Part shown: positions 29,154-39,597 of the stretch, one piece after another
Layout: each line of letters begins with the position of its first letter
How positions within the stretch are numbered: the stretch's first letter is position 1
The notes under the pieces: generated by a model
The model's input: the letters and a program-made list of their open reading frames with translations, nothing else
What the model was told of the DNA's origin: nothing
Database searches by the model: none
Program-made: the position numbers and the translations under genes
Origin: Alphaproteobacteria bacterium
GTDB lineage: Bacteria; Pseudomonadota; Alphaproteobacteria; UBA828
Assembly (NCBI GenBank): GCA_965248825.1
Contig: CBDFKL010000006.1
Coordinates: forward strand, 705,255 to 769,254
Length of the DNA: 64,000 nt
Direction of reading: 5' to 3'

Positions 29154-29168
29154 GTCAGTAAATCTGAC
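29154..29168. promoter_or_regulatory. inverted repeat GTCAG-N5-CTGAC in the AT-rich gltD/uppP divergent leader; candidate operator
   Basis: TGTCAGTAAATCTGACTA is visible about 120 bp upstream of the gltD start. It sits in a locally AT-rich stretch. Confidence 0.25.
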
Positions 29169-29354
29169 TAAATTCCATCTTCGAGATTGCCGCACCGAGG
29201 TTCCAGCGGGCTTTAAGTTCGTTCAGCGACGATAATAGTTGCAATATGAGACGATAAGACGGAAGGCCAGTGCCGCTATCAAGGATAGGACGGTCGATGC
29301 TATAAGCCGACCTCGCCGCATTGCATTCCGCCCACTCAGGCAAGCCACCCCGCC

Positions 29355-30161
29355 GTGCCACTCCTCCACATTGTCGTGATCACGATCATTCAGGGCATTA
29401 CCGAGTTCCTGCCGGTGAGCTCGTCCGGACATCTGGTGCTGGTACCGGTGATCACCGGTTGGCCAGATCAGGGATTGGTCCTGGATGTCGCGGTCCATGT
29501 CGGCACGTTGGCGGCGGTCATGGTCTATTTCCGGCGCGACCTCTGGCATATTACCGCGGGCTTGGTGAGCTGGCCCGGACGGCGGCAGGAACGCCGAACG
29601 GGCCGGGTGCTCGGCGGGTACCTGGCGGTCTCGGCCATCCCCACCCTCGCCGCTGGCGGCGCAATCGCGGCGTTGGCACCGGCGCTCTTCCGCGACCCGA
29701 TGATCGTCGCCTGGACGACGCTCGGCTTCGGTGTCGTGCTCTATGTCGCGGATCGATCCGGCATGACTATCAGGCGCATCGAGCACATGTCGTTGACCCA
29801 CGCGATCGCCATCGGCCTCGCCCAGGTCCTCGCCCTCGTTCCAGGTACCAGCCGGTCGGGCATCACGATGACGGCGGCCCGCGCCTTGGGCTATGAGCGC
29901 GCCGAGGCCGCCCGTTTCTCGATGCTCATGTCGATCCCGGTCGTCGCCGCGAGTGGTGTGGCCGCCGGTTTGGAAGTGGCGCGCCAGGGTCATGCGATCG
30001 TCGCCGCCGATGCGGCGCTTTCCGCGGCGCTGTCTTTCGTGGTCGCGCTGCTCGCGATCGCAGCGCTGCTCAAACTGCTCCGGCGCGTGAGCTTCACACC
30101 GTTCGTGATCTACCGCGTGCTGCTCGGAGCGGGCCTCTTGGTCTGGCTCTATTGGACCTGA
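29355..30161 (+). CDS. uppP: undecaprenyl-diphosphate phosphatase
   Basis: The BacA/UppP signature IQGITEFLPVSSSGH is present. Later motifs include PGTSRSG. The protein has 8 TM helices and a GTG start. Confidence 0.9.
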   Translation: MPLLHIVVITIIQGITEFLPVSSSGHLVLVPVITGWPDQGLVLDVAVHVGTLAAVMVYFRRDLWHITAGLVSWPGRRQERRTGRVLGGYLAVSAIPTLAAGGAIAALAPALFRDPMIVAWTTLGFGVVLYVADRSGMTIRRIEHMSLTHAIAIGLAQVLALVPGTSRSGITMTAARALGYERAEAARFSMLMSIPVVAASGVAAGLEVARQGHAIVAADAALSAALSFVVALLAIAALLKLLRRVSFTPFVIYRVLLGAGLLVWLYWT

Positions 30162-30192
30162 GTGGCGGCCGCGGTCCGGCGTGCCGCCAAGC

Positions 30193-31194
30193 CTAAGCTT
30201 CGCTCATCGGCGTTGAATCGACACGGCCCCGGCGATAGCTGCGCAGGTAAGTCGGCAAGATAAGCTCCAACGCCGTTCCGGTAACGCCAAGATCGGCCAG
30301 CCCTGGGGTGTTCGGTGCGACGACATTGTCGATCCTCAGCAGCGTGACCTGATCGGGCGTCAGCGGCGGGACCGGGGCGAATTGAAGAACCCGCGCGGCG
30401 ATCGACGCCGCGAGGAACGGGACGGGAAGCAGCAGGGCCTTGCGGCGGGTCTCCCTGAGGATGAGAGCCATAAGCTCGCTGTAGCTGTAGATTGATGGGC
30501 CCCCGAGCTCATAGATCGTGCCGCACGGCGCCCCGCCCCCCAGAACCCGATGGGTAGCTTCCGCGACGTCTCCCACGAAGACCGGTTGAAATCTTGTGGT
30601 CCCGGCGTCGAACACGGGGGTCAGGAAAAGCCCGTCCATCTTGAACCGGGGCCAGCCTTCGAAGAACAGTGGCAGCACCGGAACCAGGCGCAACAACGAT
30701 GCCACGCGGTTGAAGAAATTGTCCTCCGGTCCGAATACGAGGCCCGGCCGAAAGATGGTGGCATTCGGAAACGCCTTCCGCACCGCGGTTTCGCCGGCCG
30801 CCTTGGACCGCGCATAGGCCGCAGGCGATGCCGTGTCGGCACCGATCGCCGAGATGTGCAGCAGAGTCGACACCCCGGCATCCGCCGCCGCACGGGCAAT
30901 GCGTTCCGCCGCCGCCACATGGATGGCGGCGAAATTCTGCCGGCCGCGCTCGTAGAGGATGCCGGCCAGATTGACGACCGCATCCGCGCCCTCGACAGCA
31001 CGCCGGACAGAGGCTTCGTCACGCACATTGGCCTGGAGCGGCGCGACCTGGCCGACATCCCCGCACGGGCGGAGAAATCCGGCAAGCTCGGGGCGACGGG
31101 TCGCGACACGGATACCGTAGTCGTCCTGCGCGAGCCGCTGGACGATGTGACGCCCGAGAAAGCCGGTACCGCCGAAGATCGTAACGATGCGCAA
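30193..31194 (-). CDS. complex I NDUFA9-like NAD(P)H-binding (atypical SDR/epimerase-fold) protein
   Basis: The Rossmann N-terminus is IFGGTGFLGRHIV. The protein is ~330 aa with no catalytic YxxxK in canonical spacing. It resembles the alphaproteobacterial NDUFA9-like family. Confidence 0.75.
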   Translation of the reverse strand: MRIVTIFGGTGFLGRHIVQRLAQDDYGIRVATRRPELAGFLRPCGDVGQVAPLQANVRDEASVRRAVEGADAVVNLAGILYERGRQNFAAIHVAAAERIARAAADAGVSTLLHISAIGADTASPAAYARSKAAGETAVRKAFPNATIFRPGLVFGPEDNFFNRVASLLRLVPVLPLFFEGWPRFKMDGLFLTPVFDAGTTRFQPVFVGDVAEATHRVLGGGAPCGTIYELGGPSIYSYSELMALILRETRRKALLLPVPFLAASIAARVLQFAPVPPLTPDQVTLLRIDNVVAPNTPGLADLGVTGTALELILPTYLRSYRRGRVDSTPMSEA

Positions 31195-31356
31195 GACGGC
31201 TGACCGCCCGTCGTGGCCATTGACGAGCCTCGTCTATTAGGACAACTCGCTCCATTCAACCAGGGGAAAACGAATCCCGCGCGCGACCTCCCGGCGTTTC
31301 GTCCCGCGCTGCTTCCGCGTTGACATCGCCCGGCCCCCGGACTAGGCAGCAGCCCC

Positions 31357-31974
31357 ATGGCCTGCCACCTCCACCGCGGTGACCTGCCGCCCGGTCTCAC
31401 CTTCGGTGAATCGGTCGCGATCGATACCGAGACCATGGGCCTCAACCCGCATCGAGACAGGCTTTGCCTGGTTCAGCTATCACGCGGCGACGGGGACTGT
31501 CATCTGGTCCAATTTCCGCTGGACGAGGCGGCCAACGCCCCCCATCTCGCCGCCCTGCTGACCGACGAACAGGTGCTCAAGATCTTCCATTTCGCGCGTT
31601 TCGATCTTGCGGTGCTCGCTCATGCGCTCGGGCTCTGGTGCGGACCAGTCTACTGCACCAAGATCGCGTCACGCCTCGCGCGGACCTTCACCGACCGCCA
31701 TGGTCTCAAGGACATCTGCCGCGACCTCTTGGGTATCGAGATCTCCAAACAGCAGCAATCCTCCGATTGGGGCGCCGAAAAGCTCACCCAGAGCCAGATC
31801 GACTACGCCGCGAACGACGTTCTCCATCTGCACCCACTGAAGGAAAAGCTCGACGCCTTGCTGGTTCGCGAGGGCCGCGTCGAGCTCGCGGCCGCCTGCT
31901 TCTCCTTTCTGCCCTACCGCGCCCGGCTTGACCTCGACGGCTGGCCCGAGGTCGACATTTTCGCCCACGATTAA
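31357..31974 (+). CDS. 3'-5' exonuclease (RNase D-like, DEDDy family)
   Basis: The IDTETMGL (Exo I) motif is present. The HFARFDLAVL and YAANDVLHL (Exo III, Y-x3-D) motifs are also present. Confidence 0.8.
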   Translation: MACHLHRGDLPPGLTFGESVAIDTETMGLNPHRDRLCLVQLSRGDGDCHLVQFPLDEAANAPHLAALLTDEQVLKIFHFARFDLAVLAHALGLWCGPVYCTKIASRLARTFTDRHGLKDICRDLLGIEISKQQQSSDWGAEKLTQSQIDYAANDVLHLHPLKEKLDALLVREGRVELAAACFSFLPYRARLDLDGWPEVDIFAHD

Positions 31975-31986
31975 GGGCGGCGCGAC

Positions 31987-33093
31987 TCAGACGCTGGTGA
32001 ACCCGCGGCCCGCCCGCCCGACCAACCCGGCCGGCTCGATCCATACGCGCCCTTCGGGATCATCGACAACGACCCCGATCCGCCGGCAGCTCTTGCCGTG
32101 AGCGCAGGCAAGATCAATCGCGCGGGCTTCTTGATCGGCGGGGACGATCGCGCAGAAGCCGACGCCCATATTGAAGACGCGATACATCTCGGCATTCCCG
32201 ACCGCGCCGAGGCGCTGGAGAACGGCAAAGATCGGTGGCGGTGGGGGCAGAGCGTCGAGGCGCATGCCGACCCGGGCCTTGATTCGGGTCAGGTTGAGGA
32301 AGCCGTCGCCGGTAATGTGGATCAACGCGCGAATCGGCACCTCGCTCGACAGCAAATCCAACGCCTCTCGAACATAGATGTGCGTCGGGCGCAGAAGCGC
32401 TTCGCCCACGGTCTCGTCGAGACCCTCGGCGTTATCGCCGACGGCAAGACCCGCGGCCTCGAAGAACACCCGCCGCGCCAGGCTCAAGCCGTTGCTATGG
32501 ATGCCGTTGCTGGCGATGCCGAGGATGCTGTCCCCGGGGCACACCGCCGCCCCGACATTGATAGCCGCGAGATCGACGCGCCCGATCGCGGTGCCGGCGA
32601 GATCGAATCCGGTTCCCGGTGCCGCGCCCTTGATCACATCGCGCATCTGGGCGATCTCGCCGCCCGCGATTGAGACGCCGGCGCGCCGTGCGCCCTCGGC
32701 GAGCCCGGCGCCGAGGGCCGCCAGCATCGTCGGCTCGGCGTGCTCGACGGCGATATAGTCGACCAGCGTGATCGGCGTTGCACCGACGCAGACGAGGTCG
32801 TTGACGTTCATCGCCACGCAATCGATGCCGACGGTATCGTATCGGTTCATCATCTGCGCAATCAGCGCTTTGGTGCCGATCCCATCGGTGCAGATCGCGA
32901 CACCGAGGCCGCCGAAATCGATGACGCTGGCGAAATAACCGAGCTCCAGCTTGACCGCGCCCACGCCGTCATCGGTGTCGGGCCAGCTCGCGCGGACAGA
33001 CCGCGCAAGCCTCGCGAGCCCCGCTTGCACCGCACCATCGCCGACGCCGGCGTCACCATAGTCGATCGATCGACGTGCCTTCGACGATGTCAC
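31987..33093 (-). CDS. AIR synthase-related (PurM-like) protein
   Basis: The PurM-like N-domain (GDAGVGDG…GIGTKALIAQ…DCVAMNVNDL) and C-domain are present. A GTG start is proposed at 33093. The 127-aa Cys/Arg/Ser-rich extension in the ORF track is rejected. Confidence 0.65.
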   Translation of the reverse strand: MTSSKARRSIDYGDAGVGDGAVQAGLARLARSVRASWPDTDDGVGAVKLELGYFASVIDFGGLGVAICTDGIGTKALIAQMMNRYDTVGIDCVAMNVNDLVCVGATPITLVDYIAVEHAEPTMLAALGAGLAEGARRAGVSIAGGEIAQMRDVIKGAAPGTGFDLAGTAIGRVDLAAINVGAAVCPGDSILGIASNGIHSNGLSLARRVFFEAAGLAVGDNAEGLDETVGEALLRPTHIYVREALDLLSSEVPIRALIHITGDGFLNLTRIKARVGMRLDALPPPPPIFAVLQRLGAVGNAEMYRVFNMGVGFCAIVPADQEARAIDLACAHGKSCRRIGVVVDDPEGRVWIEPAGLVGRAGRGFTSV

Positions 33094-33244
33094 GCGCGCG
33101 CTCCGCACTAATTTCGCTTGCCGCGAGCACGAGCGTCGCCTATTCGCACACGGCCGGCAAGCATCGCAACACCCGGTTCGAGCGGAGCGAAGTGCGGGCG
33201 CATTGACGGCGCACGCGCCTGACATCAAGCTGGCGACCACACTA

Positions 33245-34255
33245 ATGGAATCACCGATCCGTATGAGCCCCTCGTCCGCATCGATCCCGATCGAGGCCGC
33301 TGAGCATAACGATCTCGCCGCGGCACAGCGCGTCATCAGGCAGGAATCGCGGGCGCTGGCACGGATGGCCGAGGAACTGAGCGACCGCTTCATCGATGCG
33401 ACCGAACTCCTGGCGACGGTACGGGGACGGATCGTGGTTTCTGGCATGGGCAAGAGCGGCCATATCGCGAACAAGATCGCGGCGACCTTTGCATCAACTG
33501 GAGCACCGGCTCTCTTCGTTCATCCGGCAGAGGCGAGCCACGGTGACCTCGGCATGATTACCGACGCCGACGCCCTCTTGGTGCTCTCGAATTCGGGTGA
33601 AACGCCGGAGCTTGCCGATCTCGTAAACTACACAAAGCGTTTCCGTATTCCGCTCGTCGCTATCGTCGGCAGGGCCTCGAGCACCCTCGCCGAAGCGGCC
33701 ACCATCGCACTGATCCTGCCGGACGAGCCGGAGGCAGGCACGCTCGGCCTCGCCCCGACGACCTCGACCACCATGATGCTCGCGCTGGGCGATGCTCTCG
33801 CGGTCGCTCTACTTGAGCGCAAGGGCCTGACGGCCGAGGATTTCAAGCTCTATCACCCGGGCGGCAAGCTCGGACGACGACTGATTCGTGTCGCCGACAT
33901 CATGCATGCGGGCGACGCCTTACCGCTGGTGCCCGCCGACATGGCGATGGCGGAGGCCTTGATCGCGATGACCGCAAAGCGTTTTGGTTGCGTCGGTGTC
34001 ATCAATGGCCAAGGCTCCCTGATCGGGATCGTGACCGACGGCGATCTCAGGCGGCATATGGACGCGAATCTCCTGCGACGACCGGTGCGCCAGATCATGA
34101 CGCACAGCCCGAAGACGATCCAACCCGGGGCGCTTGGCGTCGAAGCCGTGGGGATGATGAATGAGCGTGCGATCACCAGCCTTTTCGTGGTCGAAGGGAA
34201 AAGGCCCATCGGGATCATTCACATTCACGATTGCTTGCGAGCGGGTCTGGCATGA
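33245..34255 (+). CDS. kdsD: KpsF/GutQ-family arabinose-5-phosphate isomerase (SIS domain plus two CBS domains)
   Basis: The SIS motif VSGMGKSGHIANKIAATFASTG is present, and the C-terminus has tandem CBS domains. It is followed by lptC-lptA-lptB, the conserved KDO/LPS-export synteny. Confidence 0.85.
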   Translation: MESPIRMSPSSASIPIEAAEHNDLAAAQRVIRQESRALARMAEELSDRFIDATELLATVRGRIVVSGMGKSGHIANKIAATFASTGAPALFVHPAEASHGDLGMITDADALLVLSNSGETPELADLVNYTKRFRIPLVAIVGRASSTLAEAATIALILPDEPEAGTLGLAPTTSTTMMLALGDALAVALLERKGLTAEDFKLYHPGGKLGRRLIRVADIMHAGDALPLVPADMAMAEALIAMTAKRFGCVGVINGQGSLIGIVTDGDLRRHMDANLLRRPVRQIMTHSPKTIQPGALGVEAVGMMNERAITSLFVVEGKRPIGIIHIHDCLRAGLA

Positions 34256-34956
34256 GCACCGAATCGGGTCGGGGCACGGGCGGCATCGCGGCGTCGAGCC
34301 GGCTCCGACATTACGAAGCCGGGGTCGCGAGCGCGGGCAGTCCGGGCTCCTATAGCGGTTTCGTCGGCTTCATGCGCTACCTGCTGCCGGTGGTGGCCCT
34401 GATCTTGCTCGGACTCGTCGTGGCTTGGCCCCTCATGACCGGGCGGGAGGAGGGCTTTCGCATCTCGTTCAGCGAAGATGCCGAGATTGACGGCACGCTG
34501 AAGATGGTCAAGGCCCGCTATATGGGCACCGACGCAAGGAACCGGCCCTTCACCGTCACCGCGAAGCAAGCGTCTCAACCGGACGGCGATTCGCCGATCG
34601 TGCATCTGAGGGCAATCGAGGCCGATATCTTCGTCGATCCGGCTCGCAGCGAATGGCTCGCCGTGACCGCGGACGAAGGCCTCTACCAGCGAGACGCCAG
34701 GCTCCTTGATCTCGCGGGTGACGTCGCAGTCTACTCCGACTCGGGACACGAGTTTCGCACCACCGCAGCCCATGTCGACCTGCCGGCGGGAACCGCCGAG
34801 GGCGACCAGCCGGTGAGTGGCCAGGGACCTTACGGCCTGCTGGATGCAAATAGCTTCACGCTCAAGGATCGTGGCCAGGTCATGACATTTGTCGGCCGCG
34901 TGCACATGACTGTATTCCCGGATGCTAGAAAACGGGGCGATGAAGGCCGCGATTAG
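34252..34956 (+). CDS. lptC: LPS export system protein LptC
   Basis: It has a single N-terminal TM anchor and a beta-jellyroll periplasmic domain. The ATGA overlap with kdsD and the position before lptA support the call. Confidence 0.7.
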   Translation: MSTESGRGTGGIAASSRLRHYEAGVASAGSPGSYSGFVGFMRYLLPVVALILLGLVVAWPLMTGREEGFRISFSEDAEIDGTLKMVKARYMGTDARNRPFTVTAKQASQPDGDSPIVHLRAIEADIFVDPARSEWLAVTADEGLYQRDARLLDLAGDVAVYSDSGHEFRTTAAHVDLPAGTAEGDQPVSGQGPYGLLDANSFTLKDRGQVMTFVGRVHMTVFPDARKRGDEGRD

Positions 34957-35506
34957 CCGCCGCAGAGGCGGGCGCCGCCTGCGCGGGGCAACCCCGCTGG
35001 TAACGGCGTTCCTTGCCTTGGCTGCGCTGGCCGGGGGTAGCGCGGCGCAGGAGCAGATGATCGGAGGCGGCCACGATTCGAGCCAGCCAATCGAAATCAC
35101 CGCCGATATGCTCGAGGTTCACCAGTCCGACAACATCGCCATCTTCCAAGGCAACGTCGATGCCGTTCAGGGCAACATAGTGATGCGTGCCGATAAGCTC
35201 GTCGTGTACTATCGCGAGGCCGAAGAGGACGAGACGAACCTGGGAATCTCGCGCATCGACGCCGAAGGGAATGTCTTCATCTCATCGCCACAGGAAACGG
35301 CGCAGGGACAACGCGGTGTCTACGATGTCGTCAATGCGCGCATTGACTTGGCCGGCGACGTGATCTTGACCTGGGGCGACAACATCATCGAAGGCGACAC
35401 TCTACAAATGGATCTCGAAGCCGGAACAAGCAGCGTCGCCAGCGAGAGCCAAGAAAGCAGCGAGCGGGTGCGCGGACTCTTCGTCCCGAAAGACAAGAAT
35501 GACTAA
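34940..35506 (+). CDS. lptA: LPS transport periplasmic protein LptA
   Basis: A signal peptide is followed by the OstA-like domain (…IEITADMLEVHQSDNIAIFQGNVDAVQGNIVMRADKLVVYY…). Its start overlaps the end of lptC. Confidence 0.8.
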   Translation: MKAAISRRRGGRRLRGATPLVTAFLALAALAGGSAAQEQMIGGGHDSSQPIEITADMLEVHQSDNIAIFQGNVDAVQGNIVMRADKLVVYYREAEEDETNLGISRIDAEGNVFISSPQETAQGQRGVYDVVNARIDLAGDVILTWGDNIIEGDTLQMDLEAGTSSVASESQESSERVRGLFVPKDKND

Positions 35507-35535
35507 CCTGGCTCCTGCATCGTCGTGATCCCTGC

Positions 35536-36333
35536 ATGAAACCGTCCGGGACCGTAAGCGTCGACGGGGGCGCGAGACAACAGCATCCGCAGCCCACTCT
35601 CGTTGCGAGCAATCCTGGCCTCTTTGCCGAGAATTTGGGCAAGAGCTTCAAGAAACGACCGGTTCTGCGTGGCGTCAGCTTGACCGTTCAGCGCGGCGAG
35701 GCGGTCGGCCTGCTCGGGCCGAACGGCGCGGGCAAGACGACCTGCTTCTATCTCATGACCGGGTTGATGGCAGCGGACTACGGCCGCGTTCAGCTGGACG
35801 GGCACGACGTCACGGGGCTTCCGATGTACCGCCGTGCCCGCCTCGGGCTTGGCTATTTGCCGCAGGAGGCCTCGATCTTCCGCGGCCTGACGGTCGAGAA
35901 CAACATCCGAGCGGTGCTCGAAGTTTCCCTGCCGGCGCGCGACAGACGCGAGCTTGTGCTCGACGAATTGCTCGCCGAGTTTTCCATTACCCATCTGCGG
36001 CGCACCCCCGCGCTTGCGCTCTCGGGTGGTGAACGGCGACGGGTCGAGATCGCCCGCGCGCTCGCTTCGAAACCGAACTTCATGCTGCTCGACGAGCCGC
36101 TGTCAGGGATCGATCCGATCGCGGTTGCGGAGATCCGTGAGCTCGTCGCGCACCTCAAGGACCGGGGTATCGGCGTGCTTCTTACCGATCACAATGTGAG
36201 GGAAGCACTCGACATCGTCGATCGCGCTTATATCCTCCATGAGGGCGCCATCTTGATGGAAGGCGCTCCCTCCGACATCGTATCTCATGAGGAGGTCCGG
36301 CGCGTCTACCTTGGCGAGCGGTTCCGCCTCTAG
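35536..36333 (+). CDS. lptB: LPS export ABC transporter ATP-binding protein LptB
   Basis: Walker A (GPNGAGKTT), the ABC signature (LSGGERRRVEIARAL), Walker B (LLDEP) and the H-loop are all present. Confidence 0.9.
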   Translation: MKPSGTVSVDGGARQQHPQPTLVASNPGLFAENLGKSFKKRPVLRGVSLTVQRGEAVGLLGPNGAGKTTCFYLMTGLMAADYGRVQLDGHDVTGLPMYRRARLGLGYLPQEASIFRGLTVENNIRAVLEVSLPARDRRELVLDELLAEFSITHLRRTPALALSGGERRRVEIARALASKPNFMLLDEPLSGIDPIAVAEIRELVAHLKDRGIGVLLTDHNVREALDIVDRAYILHEGAILMEGAPSDIVSHEEVRRVYLGERFRL

Positions 36334-36367
36334 CTGGAGCGATCTCAGTCCATTCGAATGGAACGCT

Positions 36368-37144
36368 CTAATCCGAGCCGGGAAGCCCGCTGGTCAGCCC
36401 GCCATCGATCACGAGCGCCGTGCCGGTAATCCAGCGGGCTTCGTCAGAGGCAAGGTAGACGAAGCCGGCGGCAATCTCATCGGGTTTGCCCATGCGGCCA
36501 AGCGGATGCGCCGCCTCGATGGCCGCGCGGCTGGCAGCCGGTGCATCCTGGGCCTCGATAAATGCGACAGCCATCGGGGTCTCGACGAACCCGGGACAGA
36601 TGCAATTCACCCGGATCCCGTGGGCGGCACCATCGAGAGCCAGGCATTTGGTCAACGCGACGACGCCGGCTTTCGCGGCCGAATAGCCGTGCTGGCCAGC
36701 CATGCCGATGATGCCGGCAACCGACGCCGTGTTGAGAATCGCACCGCCGCCCGCCGCCCTGAAACGGGGCCAAATTGCCCTGCTGGCGCGGTAGATGCTC
36801 TTGAGATCGATGTCGAGAACCCGGTCCCAATCATCGGGCGCAAGGGTCTCCACGGTTCCGACCATCGGGACCGCCGCGTTGTTGACGAGAATGTCGAGCC
36901 CATCCAGGGCGTCCCACGCCCGCGTGACCATGGCCGAGACCGAGGTGTCGTCGCCGACATCGGCTGCGAGGCCAATGGCGTTGCCGCCCTTGTCGCGGAT
37001 ACGCCGCGCGCCGTTCTCAGCACCCGCGCCGTCAAGATCGGCAACCGCGACGGCCGCACTCTCGGCCGCGAACCGTGCCGCCGTCGCCTCGCCAATACCC
37101 GAGGCACCGCCGGTCACCAGCGCCCGCTTGCCGATGAGGCGCAT
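36368..37144 (-). CDS. SDR-family oxidoreductase
   Basis: TGGASGIGEA, NNAA and the catalytic YSAAKAG motifs are present. Start taken at MRLIGKRALVTGG. Confidence 0.85.
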   Translation of the reverse strand: MRLIGKRALVTGGASGIGEATAARFAAESAAVAVADLDGAGAENGARRIRDKGGNAIGLAADVGDDTSVSAMVTRAWDALDGLDILVNNAAVPMVGTVETLAPDDWDRVLDIDLKSIYRASRAIWPRFRAAGGGAILNTASVAGIIGMAGQHGYSAAKAGVVALTKCLALDGAAHGIRVNCICPGFVETPMAVAFIEAQDAPAASRAAIEAAHPLGRMGKPDEIAAGFVYLASDEARWITGTALVIDGGLTSGLPGSD

Positions 37145-37151
37145 CGAACGG

Positions 37152-37862
37152 TTACTCGAAGGGCAGGCGATCAAGGGTGGCGCCCGGCTCGGCGCGGCTG
37201 AGACGTCGTTTCAGATAGCGGCCCAGAAACTCCTGCTCCCACGCACGCGTGCGTTTGATCGCCCGTGCGATCTCTGGTTCCTTCATCGTCATCATGACGA
37301 CATAGGCGTAGTTCTCCGCGGCGGCGCCGATCTCATCCAGCTCGGCCTCCGGATCGCCGGCGATGATGGTTGCGGTGCTGAGCAGGAACAGCGCCTCGAC
37401 ATCGTCCTTCGGCACGCCGAGACCGCGGGCGTGCAGCACGCCGAGATTGAAGCGGCTCGGCGCGTCGTCCTGGGCGGCCGCACGGGCGAACCACGCGGCG
37501 GCGGCGGCATAATCGCGCTCGACGCCGAGACCGCCGGCATAGATGGTGCCCATGTTGAACTGCCCAGTGACATCTCCCTGCTCCGCGGCGCGACGGGTCC
37601 ACTTCAACGCTTCGTCGTAATCGACCGCCACGCCCTCGCCGCGAATGTAGAGGCTGCCCAGCGCCGCCTGCGCCCGCGCGTCCCCGGCCTCGGCGAGTGG
37701 CTGCCACGCCCGGAACGCGCCGTCGGCGTCGCCGCGTTCGAACGCGGCTCGGCCGGACTCCCAGTCGGCGAACGCGGGCGGGGCACCGAGCACGAGTGTC
37801 GCCAAAGAGAGCGCGATCAAAACCGATCGCCAGGCGTATCGTGGCCGGTCGCTCATTCCCAT
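37152..37862 (-). CDS. Sel1-repeat (TPR-like) periplasmic protein
   Basis: A signal peptide is followed by three to four Sel1 repeats ([34 protein letters not shown]…). It overlaps the guaA stop and looks operonic with guaA. Confidence 0.8.
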   Translation of the reverse strand: MGMSDRPRYAWRSVLIALSLATLVLGAPPAFADWESGRAAFERGDADGAFRAWQPLAEAGDARAQAALGSLYIRGEGVAVDYDEALKWTRRAAEQGDVTGQFNMGTIYAGGLGVERDYAAAAAWFARAAAQDDAPSRFNLGVLHARGLGVPKDDVEALFLLSTATIIAGDPEAELDEIGAAAENYAYVVMMTMKEPEIARAIKRTRAWEQEFLGRYLKRRLSRAEPGATLDRLPFE

Positions 37863-39400
37863 TCGATCGTTCCCGGCGGCTTCGAGGTCACATCGTAAAC
37901 GACGCGGTTAATGCCGCGCACCTCGTTCACGATGCGATTCGCGACGGCGCCAAGGAAGCTCATGTCGAAATGGTAGAAGTCGGCCGTCATGCCGTCCTCG
38001 GAGGTGACGGCGCGCAGCGCGCAGACATGCTCATAGGTGCGCGCATCGCCCATCACGCCGACCGTTTGCACCGGTAGGAGAACGGCGAACGCCTGCCATA
38101 TCGCGTCATACAGGCCGGCGTTTCGAATTTCCTCGATCAGAATCGCGTCGGCCTTGCGCAGGATCGCAAGCTTCTCGGTGGTCACCTCGCCGGGCAGGCG
38201 GACCGCAAGGCCAGGGCCCGGGAAAGGGTGACGCCCGATAAGGCTGTCCGGCATCCCGAGCTCCCGGCCGAGCGCGCGCACCTCGTCCTTGAACAGAGCG
38301 CGGAGCGGCTCGATCAGGCGCAGCTTCATCCGCTCGGGCAACCCGCCGACATTGTGATGAGACTTGATCACCGCGCTCGGGCCGGCGACCGAGACCGATT
38401 CGATAACGTCCGGATAGAGCGTGCCTTGGGCAAGAAAATCGGCGTTATCCGCCCGTCGTGCGGCGTGTTCAAAAACATCGATGAAGGTCGCGCCGATGAT
38501 CTTGCGCTTCTCCTCCGGGTCCGTGACCCCTGCGAGCCGCTCCACGAACACGGACGCCGCGTCTTCCTGGACGAACGGGATGTTGTAGTGGTCGCGGAAC
38601 AAGCCGGCGACTTCCTCCGCTTCACCCCGGCGCATGAGACCGGTGTCGACGAACACGCAGGTCAGCCGATCGGCGATCGCTTCGTGCACCAAGACCGCCG
38701 AGACCGATGAATCGACGCCGCCTGAAAGCCCGCACACAACCCGCCCGTCCCCGACCTGCGCGCGAATGGACGCGATCGCGCGCACCCGAAACGAGGCCAT
38801 CGACCAGTCTTCGCGGCAACCGGCGACACCGCGGGCGAAGTTTTCCAGCAACGCGGCCCCGTGAGGCGTGTGCACCACCTCCGGGTGGAACTGGATGCCG
38901 TAGAAGCCGCGCCGATCATCGGCAATCGCGGCAAAAGGCGCCGATTCGGTTTTCGCCACCGTGCGAAAGCCATGCGGAATGACCGCCACCGCGTCGCCAT
39001 GGCTCATCCAGACCTGCTCGCACGCGCCCACCCGCCACACGCCGTCGAATAGAGAGCAGGGCTCGACGATGGCGAGCTTGGCGCGCCCGAACTCGCGCCG
39101 AGTTGAAGGCTCCACGGCGCCGCCGAGCGCCTCGCACATCGCCTGCTGACCGTAGCAAATGCCGAGAAGCGGAATGCCGAGCGAGAAGATTTCAGCGTCC
39201 GGGCGCGGTGCCGCCGCATCGGTAACCGATGCCGGACCGCCCGAGAGGATGATGCCGCGCGGGGCGATGCGCTCGATCTCGGCCGCAGGAGTCGTGTAGG
39301 GCCGGATCTCGCAATAAACCCCCGCCTCGCGCACGCGTCGGGCAATCAACTGGGTCACCTGCGAGCCGAAGTCGAGGATGAGGATTTGCTCGGTCATGAG
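37853..39400 (-). CDS. guaA: GMP synthase (glutamine-hydrolysing)
   Basis: The GATase1 N-domain (ILILDFGSQ…GICYGQQ) and the ATP-PPase SGGVDSSV motif are present, and the C-terminal dimerisation domain ends …TIEWE. Start taken at MTEQILIL. Confidence 0.95.
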   Translation of the reverse strand, partial: LMTEQILILDFGSQVTQLIARRVREAGVYCEIRPYTTPAAEIERIAPRGIILSGGPASVTDAAAPRPDAEIFSLGIPLLGICYGQQAMCEALGGAVEPSTRREFGRAKLAIVEPCSLFDGVWRVGACEQVWMSHGDAVAVIPHGFRTVAKTESAPFAAIADDRRGFYGIQFHPEVVHTPHGAALLENFARGVAGCREDWSMASFRVRAIASIRAQVGDGRVVCGLSGGVDSSVSAVLVHEAIADRLTCVFVDTGLMRRGEAEEVAGLFRDHYNIPFVQEDAASVFVERLAGVTDPEEKRKIIGATFIDVFEHAARRADNADFLAQGTLYPDVIESVSVAGPSAVIKSHHNVGGLPERMKLRLIEPLRALFKDEVRALGRELGMPDSLIGRHPFPGPGLAVRLPGEVTTEKLAILRKADAILIEEIRNAGLYDAIWQAFAVLLPVQTVGVMGDARTYEHVCALRAVTSEDGMTADFYHFDMSFLGAVANRIVNEVRGINRVVYDVTSKPPGTIEWE

Positions 39401-39597
39401 TTCACCGTCACACGAGGTCCGCACCCGCGCAAGATTGAGTGGTCGAGTGGGACGGTGCGGTGCGACGGCCCTCTATTCTCGCACCGATCACGAGACCGAT
39501 CCCCTTTGTGATGTTTCTTTACCAAACGCACCGCTTCGGCGATATCGCTGTCATCGGGGCATATGCCGGATGCGGCAGGACGATGAGGAGGATGGCG

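Noticed and set aside
29223-29993. 256-aa minus ORF
   Set aside because: It is antisense to uppP, which carries the diagnostic EFLPVSSSGH motif.
33094-33474. 127-codon Cys/Arg/Ser-rich N-terminal extension of the AIR-synthase-related ORF
   Set aside because: There is no homology to PurM-like N-termini. It would overlap the divergent kdsD upstream region. GTG at 33093 gives a normal-length protein.
36350-36361. Perfect palindrome CCATTCGAATGG between convergent lptB and the SDR gene
   Set aside because: As a hairpin it has no loop and only a ~4-bp effective stem, with no U-tract on either strand. It is not convincing as a bidirectional terminator.
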